DNA of 64,000 nt from Macrostomum lignano (taxonomy: Eukaryota). This document shows positions 37,192-49,799 of the stretch, in pieces. The stretch spans positions 224,313-288,312 of the forward strand of contig NIVC01001199.1 of assembly GCA_002269645.1 (NCBI GenBank). The letters are read 5' to 3'. Position numbers and translations under genes: made by a program. The notes below the pieces were generated by a model. That model saw only the letters and a program-made list of their open reading frames with translations, had not been told where the DNA came from and did not search any database. Positions within the stretch are counted from its first letter, which is position 1; each line of letters opens with the position of its first letter.

Positions 37192-38253
37192 CCTTATTTT
37201 CTTATTTTCAGTCTTCTGTGTGAAGAGACTTTAAGCAGATAATATAAAGCCCTTGTCGTTTGATCTGCAGCAAATCCGATACTGCAGAATCTTCAATCTT
37301 CAAAATAACCTAAAACTGCTTTAAAAGCTACTCCAAAACTACGAGTACTTTAAACTACTTTGAAAAAACTACTCTAAAACTACTGCAAAACCAACCAACG
37401 CTACCCTAAATGTAAAACTGAAACTAAGAGCTACCTATAAACTACTACCAAAACTACCAAAACGGCCCAAAATTGTAAACAAAACCACTCTAAGGCTTAG
37501 ACTGAAGCTTGCCAGTAAATTACAACCAAAACTACTTTAAAATTACGTTTGAACAAAAGTAAGATACTCAAAATCTACATTCGAAACTCTGAAACTACCT
37601 CTGAACTGCCATCAAAGCTAGGAGCGTACCGTAATGATAAGAACAAAATAACATTAAAGCTGCAACGCAAACTGCTCCACAATAAGGCCAAAACTACCCT
37701 AAAACTGCGAAAAACACTGTCTGAGAAAATTACAAGAAAATAATCCACCCTCAGAATCAGCAGCAGCCGAAATACGTTAGCCAAACCGACTTCTACCCAA
37801 TGCAGTCTGAGAATTAGTAAAAGTAGCAATCGCCTCAAACAGAGGTCGACATGAAGATAAGAGTACAAATGCGCTCTTCTTCCCTTGGGACACTTCCATT
37901 TGGTTCGTGTAGGAAATTCCCAAAAGCAAGAGCTCAACCTGGCCGGAAAATTTCCTGGTTGATCCTCCCTCTCATTCTCATCTTTCCCACGTGACGTTGG
38001 AACACCCTTATCAGCATCGGGTGTTTGTCAAAGGGTCTCGGGATTAGAGATCGTCTATTAGATAAGAGGCAGGGGCAAAGTAGAAGCAAATATATCGGTC
38101 ACGAAATGACGTACAGCTTCAGTAAGAGCAGATTTTCCTGGGCTTTTTCTTGGTTTCGGTAAATCAGCTCAACTTTATGAGGCCAGATTAGAAGCATACA
38201 GTTAGTAATTTGAATGAAGGGCAGAGCTAAACGCTGCAAAATACATATCAGTG

Positions 38254-38637
38254 GGTAGCACACTGATGGAGCCGAGGGTAGCACACTGATGGAGCCGAGG
38301 GTAGCACACTGATGAAGCCGAGGTAGCACACTGATGAAGCCGAGGTAGCACACTGAAGGAGCCGAGGGTAGCACACTGAAGGACCTAATAGTAGCACACT
38401 GAAGGACCTAATAGTAGCACACTGAAGGACCTAATAGTAGCACACTGAAGGACCTAATAGTAGCACACTGAAGGACCTAATAGTAGCACACTGAAGGACC
38501 TAATAGTAGCACACTGAAGGACCTAATAGTAGCACACTGAAGGACCTAATAGTAGCACACTGAAGGACCTAATAGTAGCACACTGAAGGACCTAATAGTA
38601 GCACACTGAAGGACCTAATAGAAGCACACTGAAGGAC
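38254..38637. repeat. Minisatellite, ~23-bp unit (GTAGCACACTGAAGGACCTAATA), with divergent 5' units
   Basis: Direct periodicity. Confidence 0.93.
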
Positions 38638-38984
38638 TCCCACCTAGATTTCCCACCACTCTGCTGTAGACCTTTCAAGTCTGAAGCTTTCATTTACATT
38701 GCGACTCAACCGAGGTCTCTCAATTACTAGAAAACTTGAACAGACAGGAGTGGGTAGAAATGGCCGCATTGAATGAAAACACAAGCAAAGATGATGAGGC
38801 TTCTCTGCACTGGCGCTTGTGTCAACATCAGATTGTCATTCTTATGTTGCCACAGTGTCAAAGTGGGATTAACCAAGGATTAACTAGGATTAGACTGTGG
38901 TAATAAAATTTGTGTAGATTTAATTTTATTTTAGATTTAGACGCATGTGTTTTTGATGAGTAATTTCTATAAATTGTCAAGCAG

Positions 38985-39095
38985 ATCTGTCCCTCAATGT
39001 GGAGACTGGTGGCATGAGCTCAGAGTCGCTAAAGAAGCCCCAAGCCCGTGTTAGGACGATATGCTCAGCGAGGAGACACAGAGCCTCCCAGATCG
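38985..39095 (+). CDS. Possible isolated internal exon (111 nt, phase 1-1; LSLNVETGGMSSESLKKPQARVRTICSARRHRASQI)
   Basis: CAG acceptor, strong GTAAGT donor, one open frame. No homology recognised, and the phase does not join directly to the exon at 40335. Confidence 0.3.
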
Positions 39096-39118
39096 GTAAG
39101 TTTTCAGCTAATCAGCTT

Positions 39119-39508
<390 letters not shown>

Positions 39509-40168
39509 CCTATACCTCTATGGGTCCTAGGTTTAACCAGGTCCAACAAGCTAGCAAGTGGGGTTGCCTTATCTAAACTTCAACTTTTGTCAACAACATC
39601 CAAATTTTTAAAGTACTTCTTTAAGAAAAAATTTATCATGTGACGCTGCTTATCGTTGAAAGGCCCATTTAATTAATGATAATTTAATTAAATTTTCCGC
39701 GCAATTACAAAAATTGCTCTCGAAATGGACCCGGACAGATTAGCACGCAGAGTTCTCGGTCCCTCTTGCTTGTTGCGATTCATTCCCTAAATTGTGCGAG
39801 TTATTTAAACTAATATTTTCGCGTCTTAGTGACCCCCCAATCCATAAGGGGGGTCAATGTTTTGGCAAGCGCGCAGGTGATTTTTTGAATTCATTTTTAT
39901 ATTCGAAGAATTTTAGACGGAGAAACACATTTTGGCACTTTTATTGCTGATAACAATTTTATGCGTCTAAAAGACTATGAAAATAGCTAACATATCATAT
40001 GAGCAATGGACGAAACGAACGAAGGAGCTTTCCGAACTTCAATTTCCCGTTGCGCGCTTGTGTCTGTGTGTGCCTGAAGTTACTGACAACATTACATTTA
40101 AAAAGCGTGCTGAATCCATTCTGATCCTTGAATTTTGTTCGGCATCTCTTGAGCCAATCTCGGATAAA

Positions 40169-40169
40169 C

Positions 40170-40246
<77 letters not shown>
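40169..40246. repeat. (CA)n microsatellite
   Basis: Visible directly. Confidence 0.98.
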
Positions 40247-40249
<3 letters not shown>

Positions 40250-40334
40250 CTCGTCGCTTCATTTACTATTCCTAAGTGGAAAACTCTCAGAAAGTATCGA
40301 CAGAGTCAATAATTATAACAAAAAACCAACGCAG

Positions 40335-42188
40335 ATTCGACCGCGAATCTCTGCGAGAACGCGTGACCACCCTCTCGGCCTCACAGCAGCTGGAGTTGTA
40401 CATTCAGCAGTTTGAAAGCGAGACAAGTAGCGAATGTAGCAAAGGTGAGGCTTTCACTCTGACCCTAGCCCTAGCCTTAGCACTTAGCGGAATGGGCGAC
40501 CGTCGCCTCCCCGCTGTGTCTACGGACCACCCTGCAGCTAAAGCCATGGCACTAGACCTAGCCATCGCCCTAGCTCTAGCCGCCATAGCCCTAGCCCTTG
40601 CCATAGCACTAGCACTAACTTTTACCAGCCTTAGCCCTACCTAACATTAGCCAACTAACATTAGCCAACCTAACGTAGCACTAATTCAATCTTAACCCTA
40701 ATCCTAGCCCTAACTAACCCTAGTCCTAGCCCTACCCTACCCTAATCCTAGCCCTACCTAACCCTAGTCCTAGCCCTACCTAACCCTAGTCCTAGCCCTA
40801 CCTAACCCTAGTCCTAGCCCTACCTAACCCTAGTCCTAGCCCTACCTAACCCTAGTCCTAGCCCTACCTAACCCTAGTCCTAGCCCTACCTAACCCTAGT
40901 CCTAGCCCTACCTAACCCTAGTCCTAGCCCTACCTAACCCTAGTCCTAGCCCTACCTAACCCTAGTCCTAGCCCTACCTAACCCTAGTCCTAGCCCTACC
41001 TAACCCTAGTCCTAGCCCTACCTAACCCTAGTCCTAGCCCTACCTAACCCTAACTCTAGCTCTGAATCTCTCCATGAATCTGCCTGCCTGACAATTGAAG
41101 TTGACTAGTCGATTTGGTCAACAGAAAATGTTTTGGCTTTCTTTGGCCCTTTGTAAAAGAAGCTGTTAATTAGTTAAGTTAATTAAATACGTGGCTCAGC
41201 TCACCGTGTGAAAGTCAGCGAGGTGCAAAAACTGAAGCGCAGTCGAGTGTGAGCAGCACTAAGGAGGCGCTTTGAATGCCTACTTTTCACCGAAAACTGA
41301 CTCTCTCGTGACACAGAATGCAGGTTTTTCTAATATCTAGATTTTATTCTCACCCTAATCTAAGTCTATTCTCACCCTGCTCTAAGTCTATTCTCATCCT
41401 ACTCTAACCATATTCTCACCCTACTCTAAGTCTATTCTCACCCTACTCTAAGTCTATTCTCACCCTACTCTAACTATATTCTCACCCTACTCTAAGTCTA
41501 TTCTCACCCTACTCTAAGTCTATTCTCACCCTACTCTAAGTCTATTCTCACCCTACTCTAACTATATTCTCACCCTACTCTAAGTCTATTCTCACCCTGC
41601 TCTAAGTCTATTCACACCCTACTCTAACCATATTCTCACCCTCCTCTAAGTCTATTCTCACCCTAATCTAAGTATATTCTCACCCTACTCTCACCCCATA
41701 TTTAACTTCACTATTCTCTCATCTCGTTCTCATTCTGCTCCTCCAACCCAAACTGCCGCTATCCAGTCCTGCCCTCCGTGATAGAAGACAGCCAACCAGA
41801 CTGCAGCAACGATAGGGACAGCACCTCCACTACTACGACAACCGCGTCGGTTTCCATGGCGACAGCATCCGACAACGGCAGTCAGCCAGTGGCCTGCTGG
41901 CTGCGAGACCTTACTGACTGTGTTCAGAGTGTTGAAGCCCGCGAGCCTCAGCCACCTTCTTACCTGTGCATGCTGGAGGCGCACCAGCTGAGCCAGCAGC
42001 TGATGCAGCGTCTGCAGCTGGCGGCCGGCAGACCGAGACTGCTCAGCGCTGAGGACAAGGCTGCCATTCGATCCAGTCTGCTGCGCAAACAGTTCGGAGT
42101 CGAAGACGGCGGCGATAGCGGATTCGAACCACTGTCTGGTGGTAGACTGACAAATTTGATTGACAGGGCTCGACGCGACCTGCTTTGA
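40335..42188 (+). CDS. Uncharacterised protein, probable last two exons join(40335..40444,41767..42188)
   Basis: GC-rich open segments with CAG acceptors, a GTGAGG donor and phase-1 compatibility (…ECSK|VLPSVIED…RARRDLL*). No family recognised. Confidence 0.45.
40690..41052. repeat. Telomere-like 22-bp minisatellite (ACCCTAGTCCTAGCCCTACCTA), preceded by degenerate CCCTAG hexamers from ~40460
   Basis: Direct periodicity. Confidence 0.93.
41345..41695. repeat. Minisatellite, 22-bp unit (TATTCTCACCCTACTCTAAGTC)
   Basis: Direct periodicity. Confidence 0.93.
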
Positions 42189-42422
42189 GTCGCTACTCTG
42201 GTGGTCAACTGACGGAGTGCTTTAAGTACATAATTCAAGGCAACAGCTGCTCCCACTTGATGCAATCCAAATATATTTGATCACCAAATCTTTACTGGCA
42301 AATAGGCCTTTTCAAAAAATATATGTACCATCGAAAAATTCTCCTTAACTTCAACAATTTCTGACTTTTTAATGGCAAACTGAAGTCAGTGCGTGTCTTT
42401 GATTTGAGCTTCAGCTGCAGGT

Positions 42423-44000
42423 TTGCAACCAAGATGCAAACAAAATGCAACCAAGATGCAACCAAAATGCAACCAAAATGCAACCAAAATGCAACCAAGA
42501 TGCAACCAAGATGCAACCAAGATGCAACTAAAATGCAACCAAGATGCAACCAAAATGCAACCAAAATGCAACCAAAATGCAACCAAGATGCAACCAAAAT
42601 GCAACCAAAATGCAACCAAAATGCAACCAAGATGCAACCAAGATGCAACCAAGATGCAACTAAAATGCAACCAAAATGCAACCAAATTTCAACCAAAATG
42701 CAACCAAAATGCAACTAAAATGCAACCAAAATGCAACTAAAATGCAACCAAGATGCAACCAAAATGCAACCAAAATGCAACTAAAATGCAACCAAGATGC
42801 AACCAAAATGCAACCAAAGTGCAACCAAAATGCAACTAAAATGCAACCAAAATGCAACCAAAGTGCAACCAAAATGCAACCAAATTTCAACCAAAATGCA
42901 ACCAAAATGCAACCAAATTGCAACCAAAATGCAACCAAAATGCAACCAAAATGCAACCAAAATGCAACCAAGATGCAACCAAATTTCAACCAAAATGCAA
43001 CCAAAATGCAACCAAAATGCAACCAAAATGCAACCAAAATGCAACCAAATTTCAACCAAAATGCAACCAAAATGCAACCAAGATGCAACCAAATTGCAAC
43101 CAAAATGCAACCAAAATGCAACCAAAATGCAACCAAATTTCAAACAAAATGCAACCAAAATGCAACCAAAATGCAACCAAGATGCAACCAAGATGCAACT
43201 AAAATGCAACCAAAATGCAACCAAATTTCAACCAAAATGCAACCAAAATGCAACTAAAATGCAACCAAAATGCAACTAAAATGCAACCAAGATGCAACCA
43301 AAATGCAACCAAAATGCAACTAAAATGCAACCAAGATGCAACCAAAATGCAACCAAAGTGCAACCAAAATGCAACTAAAATGCAACCAAAATGCAACCAA
43401 AGTGCAACCAAAATGCAACCAAATTTCAACCAAAATGCAACCAAAATGCAACCAAATTGCAACCAAAATGCAACCAAATTTCAACCAAAATGCAACCAAA
43501 ATGCAACCAAGATGCAACCAAATTTCAACCAAAATGCAACCAAAATGCAACCAAAATGCAACCAAAATGCAACCAAATTTCAACCAAAATGCAACCAAAA
43601 TGCAACCAAGATGCAACCAAATTGCAACCAAAATGCAACCAAAATGCAACCAAAATGCAACCAAATTTCAAACAAAATGCAACCAAAATGCAACCAAAAT
43701 GCAACCAAATTTCAACCAAAATGCAACCAAAATGCAACCAAAATGCAACCAAGATGCAACCAAATTTCAACCAAAATGCAACCAAAATGCAACCAAATTT
43801 CAACCAAAATGCAACCAAAATGCAACCAAAATGCAACCAAAATGCAACCAAATTGCAACCAAAATGCAACCAAAATGCAACCAAAATGCAACCAAAATGC
43901 AACCAAATTTCAACCAAAATGCAACCAAAATGCAACCAAATTGCAAATAAAAATGCAACCAAAGTGCAACCAAAATGCAACCAAAATGCAACCAAAATGC
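42423..44000. repeat. 11-bp unit satellite (ATGCAACCAAA) with a 539-bp higher-order duplication
   Basis: Identical repeat ORFs are offset by 539 nt (42676/43215, 42797/43336, 42852/43391). Confidence 0.96.
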
Positions 44001-45400
44001 AAGGATTTTTACAATGACACTTTGTCAGCATGCCTTTCAAAATTTTTGGTGCACAAAAATGTCCCTAATTTTTCTCTTACTCATTTTTCGACTGAAATCA
44101 GGGCAAAAGCAAAAAAAGCGGCTGTAATTGCTGCAGAAGTACGAGCATGATTGACAAAACACTCCCAGCGCTATTGTTGATTAGAAAACCAGTTTAGCAA
44201 CTGGAACTGAGCGCTTTGTTCTATAATAAATCTGACTCTTAATGCATCCGAGTGAGACTGTCAACCAAAGATATGGCAACAGTTTCCATAGAGCGGATTG
44301 AACCAGTATGGGGTGGTTGATCACGTGACTGCATAGATTCTGTCGCGGCTAGTTTGAGTAGATGCCTGATTGCTGCACTCTGCAAAAAAATACATTCTTG
44401 CAGCATAGCATCATGTTCCTATCTTAAGTCGTAAGATAGTGACATAAAGTTACAGTAAGTGAAGAAAGAAACAAGCAGACACAAGCAGTGAAGCGACAGG
44501 CAAGTGACAGAATGTGACAGAAACTGATAGAAAGTCTCAAAAAGAGACAGGAAGTTTCGGTAAAGAATGATAACGCTGAAGTTAGATATCGCAAGACACT
44601 GTGGCGCATGACAGAATAACAAGCTGATGAGGAGAAGCTGTTTTGAAGAGGATAAATATATAGGTGTCAAAGAGCATCACAGCCTCTATTTGAACAAAAG
44701 TATTGAACTGGTTTACTTGTGAGTTGGCACAACTGCTTTTAAATGTCAGCGAGTCACCCTCCAGTGTACTTATTAATCTATTCTATTATTGTTTTGCAGC
44801 AATGCATGAGCGCTTCTGTTTGGTGTCATGCCAGCGCGAATCGGGCTGTTGATCGAGCAAGCCAATCGGTGCAGAAGCTTGGGATCAAAAGCCGGGGGGG
44901 GGCAGAAGCAGAGAAGCAGTTGAACCAATGGCAGATGGTCCCAGGTAAACTTTATCTTCCCATTTTTGCTCTGTCGGTACTCGATCGACAGTCTCTCTGG
45001 GTTATAAATTCCAACTGCAACTCTGTAGTACCTGCGTGCTTAAAAACCTGCTTTATTGAATAGTGAATCTATTGAAAATTGCCATCTTCAATCTTCTGTG
45101 AATACTTTATTAGAAAAGGTAAGTGATTCAGCTGGTTTATTATTATATTTACTCGTACGATAAAAACAATAGCTTTGCAATTAAACATTTTAAACTTAAC
45201 TTCATAATTTAGAAAATACTGTCTCGATGTTTAAACATTTCAATGCAAAGGCTTTGTACGCGTACGAGTATCTATCAAGAGGCTTCAGAAATTCAATGCG
45301 GATTACTCATAAAAGTACAATATGCAACAGAGATTAAGCTAGGAGAATGAAGGAATCGTCACTCATCCGAATAGCTAATTAAAATACAGTATAGAAGCCC

Positions 45401-45718
45401 ATTAATTTCAAGCAGGGGTAGAAAGATAAGCAAATAGAGCGGAGACTAGCTAGTGTACATATGGAAGCCAACCAGTTAATTTCAAGCAGGGGTAGAAAGA
45501 TAAGCAAATAGAGCGGAGACTAGCTAGTGTACATATGGAAGCCAGCCATTTAATTTCAAGCAGGGGTAGAAAGATAAGCAAATAGAGCGGAGACTAGCTA
45601 GTGTACATATGGAAGCCAGCCATTTAATTTCAAGCAGGGGTAGAAAGATAAGCAAATAGAGCGGAGACTAGCTAGTGTACATATGGAAGCCAGCCATTTA
45701 ATTTCAAGCAGGGGTAGA
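45401..45718. repeat. 74-bp unit tandem repeat, ~4 copies, ~200 bp upstream of the GPCR start
   Basis: GAAAGATAAGC at 45421 and 45495, and so on. Confidence 0.93.
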
Positions 45719-45922
45719 CAAAGTAGACAAAGCTTTAAACAAAGTTAGAATGGTTACAAAAATATGCGTGCTCTAGCTCTATCCAAAGCCAGCTAATTAC
45801 TGTAAGATAGGATGCAAGCTCACACGCGTGACTAGTCGATGTCCAGTCTAAATAGCTCGCAACGCCAATCAGAGTCAAGAAAGGTATAGAAATATAGAAA
45901 GATTACCTGTGTCCAACCCAGC

Positions 45923-48785
45923 ATGTGGCCAGTGTCTGAGAACAGCAGTCACGCCTGCGAGAATTCAACGATTGAGAACGACGAACACCGGCTGAAGTAT
46001 CCCTTCCTGCCGGCCTACCTGATGCTGATGGCCTGCCTACCGCTGTCCAACGCCACGCTCAGTGCCCTCTGCGTCTGCATCCTCCTGCGTAGGCGACGCT
46101 GGTGGCGCCAGCTCCCCAGAGTGAGCAGCCATCGCGTTGTCGGCGGCGGCAGCGTCATAAGCGCTGGCAGCGGCAACGGCGCCGTCGCCTGCTGTCGCTG
46201 CGTGCCCGAGTTCGAGCGCCTACTGGTGCTGCTCGCCGTTGCCGAGGTGGCCTTTCAGGTGAGCATCGCTGACATCAGGACCTGTCGAGCCTCACAGACA
46301 CCATAGTCTGCAAAAATGCACCATAGCTCTCATCACACCAGCTGTACAAACACAGAAAGTATTCACCAGTACTCATCAGGTATTCACCAGCCATTTTTCA
46401 TATTGTAAATATTCAGGCGCACTCTCGCCCTCGCAATCTTGATTCGGAAATGAAAGAAATCTGAAACTGCAAACGGAATATGTTTGGATAATTCCAGCGA
46501 TTATCCCCTGCCCATCTTTGCCAGTTCGAAATTTGGCTTATCTTCAACTGAGTGGGTTCGCATGTTTGTCTACTCTCCATCCGAGACTCAAAGGGAGAAT
46601 CTGAATTTTCGCTCTGAATCTTCAAGGCTCCGTAGTGAAATTTAATGCTTTAATGCTGGTGATTAATGTTGAGCGAACAAAGTCGGTGCTGTATTTCACT
46701 TTCTCTTTAGGTATTAGTCAGTCCTCTCGAGCATATTTAACTCTTTGAAATCAAAGATGAGTCACTTTTCTCAAGCTCGAAATTTGTATCGTCTGAAGTG
46801 ACAAGAAAGTATTTTGGTCGATTTTTTAAGGGCTTCTTCGGAATCCAGCAGCTGCTGACCTACTTTGTGGAGATGAACCAGCTTAAAACTGACAGCTCAA
46901 TCGCTGCGATGATGCTGGCTTCGGCGCTGCAGTTCAGCTTCCTGACGGTTTCCTGGTGTCACGTGACTCGCAACTGGATCGTGGCTCTCATCGCCGTGTA
47001 TCGCTATCGCATGGCCTCCAGCGCCAGCCTGGCTACCGGATGGTTGCTAGGCAACAAGCCGCTGTCCCGGTCTGCCCTGCTCTGGCTCACCAGTTTGGCC
47101 GTTAATCTGCCCAGGCTGTTTGAGTTCCGCGTGGTCGTGTGCTCGGCCTGGAATCAGGTATGTTCATAGATGGGGTAGATTTTACCTGTACAGCAGGTGG
47201 GGTAGATTTTACCTGTACAGCAGGTGGGGTAAATTTTACCTGTACAGCAGGTGGGGTAGATTTTACCTGTACAGCAGGTGGGGTAAATTTTACCTGTACA
47301 GCAGGTGGGGTAGATTGTACCTGTACAGAAGAAGGGGTAGATTGTACCTGTACAGAAGAAGGGGTAGATTGTACCTGTACATCAGGTGGGGTAGATTGTA
47401 CCTGTACAGCAGGTGGGGTAGATTGCACCTGTACAGCATGTAGGATAGATTGTACCTGTACAGCAGGTGTGGTTGTACCTGTACAGCAGTTGGGGTAGGT
47501 TGTACAAGTAGACATCCAACACTCCCACCTGATCGAAAATCCCCAGGTGACTCACATCGACGACTTTCTCCACGCCCATGTTGGCTACCGCATCCTCTAC
47601 CACGGCTGCCTGCTGTTCCTGGTGCAGAGCGGCGGCCCCACAGTGACGGTGATGACCTTCAGCTGCCTGCTGGCTGTGGCACTATGCCGACAGCGCCGCG
47701 GACGTCTGAGACGATTCAGCAGCAACGGCGGCGGTGGCTCCGGCGGCAACGGCGAAGCCGCGTCCTGCAATCGGACAGTCCTGGCGCTGAGCGCCTGCTT
47801 CCTGCTGTGCGAGGCGCCAACTCTGCTAAAGGTTGGGGTTCGAATCGGCGGAGGGCATGGCGTCAGGGTGCTGGGGAAAAACTGATCATTGTTGTGGGCA
47901 GCTGGCGCAACGCCTTCGCAACCAGCGCTGAGTCAATTCCACCCGTTCCGCTGACTCCCGAGCACACAGGCGCGCCAATGCCGGTACTGTACACAGGCCC
48001 GCACTCATGCACACGCTCCCACAGGGTGTACCGCGGCTCTGACTGTCTAATCGTCAGGCATGTACACTCTCTGTGCCTTGGGTGTTGGCACAACCCGATA
48101 TATACCTTGATGTCTTTAAGGCATTTTTTCACTTAAAACATGCCTGCATTCTATAATAATAATATTACTATTATTAATGGAGAGATGTGCAACCGACAGC
48201 TCAGCCGCAGCTATTTGCGCGGCGCATCTGAAGGCTGCGTACGGCTGTTCAGTCCAAGGACTTGGGGGGGGGGGGGGTCGCCACACACAGCCTCAATTAC
48301 CCCAGCTAATGCTGGCACCCATTTTACAGCTGGGTGAACTGAAGCAATGCAGAGTTAAGTGTCTTGCTCAAGGACACAAATGGTTCCGACTGGGATCGGG
48401 AATCGAACCCGCGACCTTTCAGTTGTGAGTCCGATGCTCTAACCACTAAAACCCCAACATGCCCGACATCATTGCGCAGGTAGTGGACCCGGCAACGACC
48501 AGCCTGCACGTGCTCGGATACGCTACCAACTTTCTCACCTGCTTGAACTCAACCCTCAACCTGTGCGTGTACATGCTCTGCAACCGGAACTTCCGGCTAA
48601 GCCTCGCCGACTGCTGCCACGAATGGCGCCAGCTGTGTCGTCGGTTTTGTCGGCAGCGTCGGCGGAGGCCGCCGCCGGAGCGGTCTGCCGAGATTCCGAC
48701 CACCCAGACGGAGGCGCACGCATTGGCGCGGAGGCTGCTGAGCGCTCATCCGACTGAGAGTCGGGAGGCCAAGATGTCGGTGTGA
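45923..48785 (+). CDS. Rhodopsin-class 7TM GPCR, FMRFamide/peptide-receptor-like; join(45923..46258,46831..47157,47499 (or 47547)..47831,48480..48785)
   Basis: N-terminal N-glycosylation sites (NSS, NST); seven hydrophobic segments; TM2 LAVAE; TM3 RNWIVALIAVYRY; TM4 NLPRLFEF; TM6 FLLCEAP; TM7 NSTLNLCVYMLCNRNFR. All junctions are phase 0. Confidence 0.88.
47171..47498. repeat. Minisatellite, 27-bp unit (ACCTGTACAGCAGGTGGGGTAGATTTT), occupying essentially all of GPCR intron 2
   Basis: Direct periodicity between the donor at 47158 and the acceptor at 47498. Confidence 0.93.
48153..48464 (-). mobile_element. tRNA-derived CORE-like SINE (family B) in GPCR intron 3
   Basis: Minus strand: TAGTGGTTAGAGC A-box, GGTTCGATTCC B-box, then TGTGTCCTTGAGCAAGACACTTAAC...CAGCTGTAAAATGGG (CORE/MIR-like), and an (ATT)n-like tail near 48155-48180. 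Confidence 0.8.
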
Positions 48786-48789
48786 ACTG

Positions 48790-49373
48790 CGGTGGTGGTG
48801 GCTGCAGCGTTGACAGTGACAGCGGTAGTGATGATGGTAGTTGATAGTGGCAGCGGTAGTGATGATGGTAGTTGATAGTGGCAGCGGTAGTGATGATGGT
48901 AGTTGATAGTGGCAGCGGTAGTGATGATGGTAGTTGATAGTGGCAGTGGCAGCGGTAGTGACAGTGGCTGTGACAGCGGTAGTGACAGTGGCAGTGACAG
49001 TGGTAGTGACAGTGGTAGTGACAGTGGCAGTGACAGTGGCAGTGACAGTGGCAGTGACAGTGGCAGTGACAGTGGCAGTGACAGTGGCAGTGACAGTGGC
49101 AATGACAGTGGCTGTGACAGTGGCAGTGACAGTGGCAGTGACAGCGGTAGTGACAGTGGCAATGACAGTGGCAGTGACAGTGGCAGTGACAGTGGCAGTG
49201 ACAGTGGCAGTGACAGCGGTAGTGACAGTGGCAGTGACAGTGGCAGTGACAGTGGCAGTGACAGCGGTAGTGACAGTGGCAGTGACAGTGACAGTAACAG
49301 TGACAGTGGCAGTGACAATGGCAGTGACAGTGGCCGTGACAGTGGAAATGACAGTGGCAATGACAGTGGCAGT
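48790..49373. repeat. Compound array (30-bp units, then 12-bp GTGACAGTGGCA) starting immediately after the GPCR stop
   Basis: Direct periodicity; source of the (SDSG)n and (CH)n ORFs. Confidence 0.95.
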
Positions 49374-49718
49374 AGTGGGTAAAAACAGTTCTAGTCAATT
49401 GCTACAGCACATGAGTTGCTAACCAACCTCAGTGACCCCAACCGCAATGCTCGTACTTGTGTATTGAAGCCCGCACTGTCTAAACCTTATTTTTATGAGT
49501 TGCCCCACGCCGCAACACTTGTGAATTTGTACTCCTGAATTGACACAACACTAAAAATTCGAGTTCAATTCATAAGTGTTTAATATGTTTTATTCTCGAT
49601 GTCTCTATAGTTTAGCAATTGTTTTTGAAACGATCGAATAATAATAATCCAGTGCATTAGTGTATATTTCTTCATTGTTAAAACATTCTGATATCTATTT
49701 CTAAAGCATAATTCCCTG

Positions 49719-49721
49719 TTC

Positions 49722-49799
<78 letters not shown>
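49719..49799. repeat. (GTCT)n microsatellite
   Basis: Visible directly. Confidence 0.97.

Noticed and set aside
42292-44150. Many overlapping ORFs (MQPKCNQNATK)n / (AFWLHFGCILV)n
   Set aside because: Products of an 11-bp satellite that is open in several frames on both strands.
48390-48464. Possible tRNA gene on the minus strand
   Set aside because: A and B boxes are present, but no clear acceptor stem, and it continues into a CORE-like body, so it is a SINE head.
48556-49422. His/Cys-rich (CH)n and (SDSG)n ORFs resembling metal-binding or adhesin repeats
   Set aside because: A 12-bp array in the GPCR 3' region; all frames are open simply because the unit lacks stop codons.
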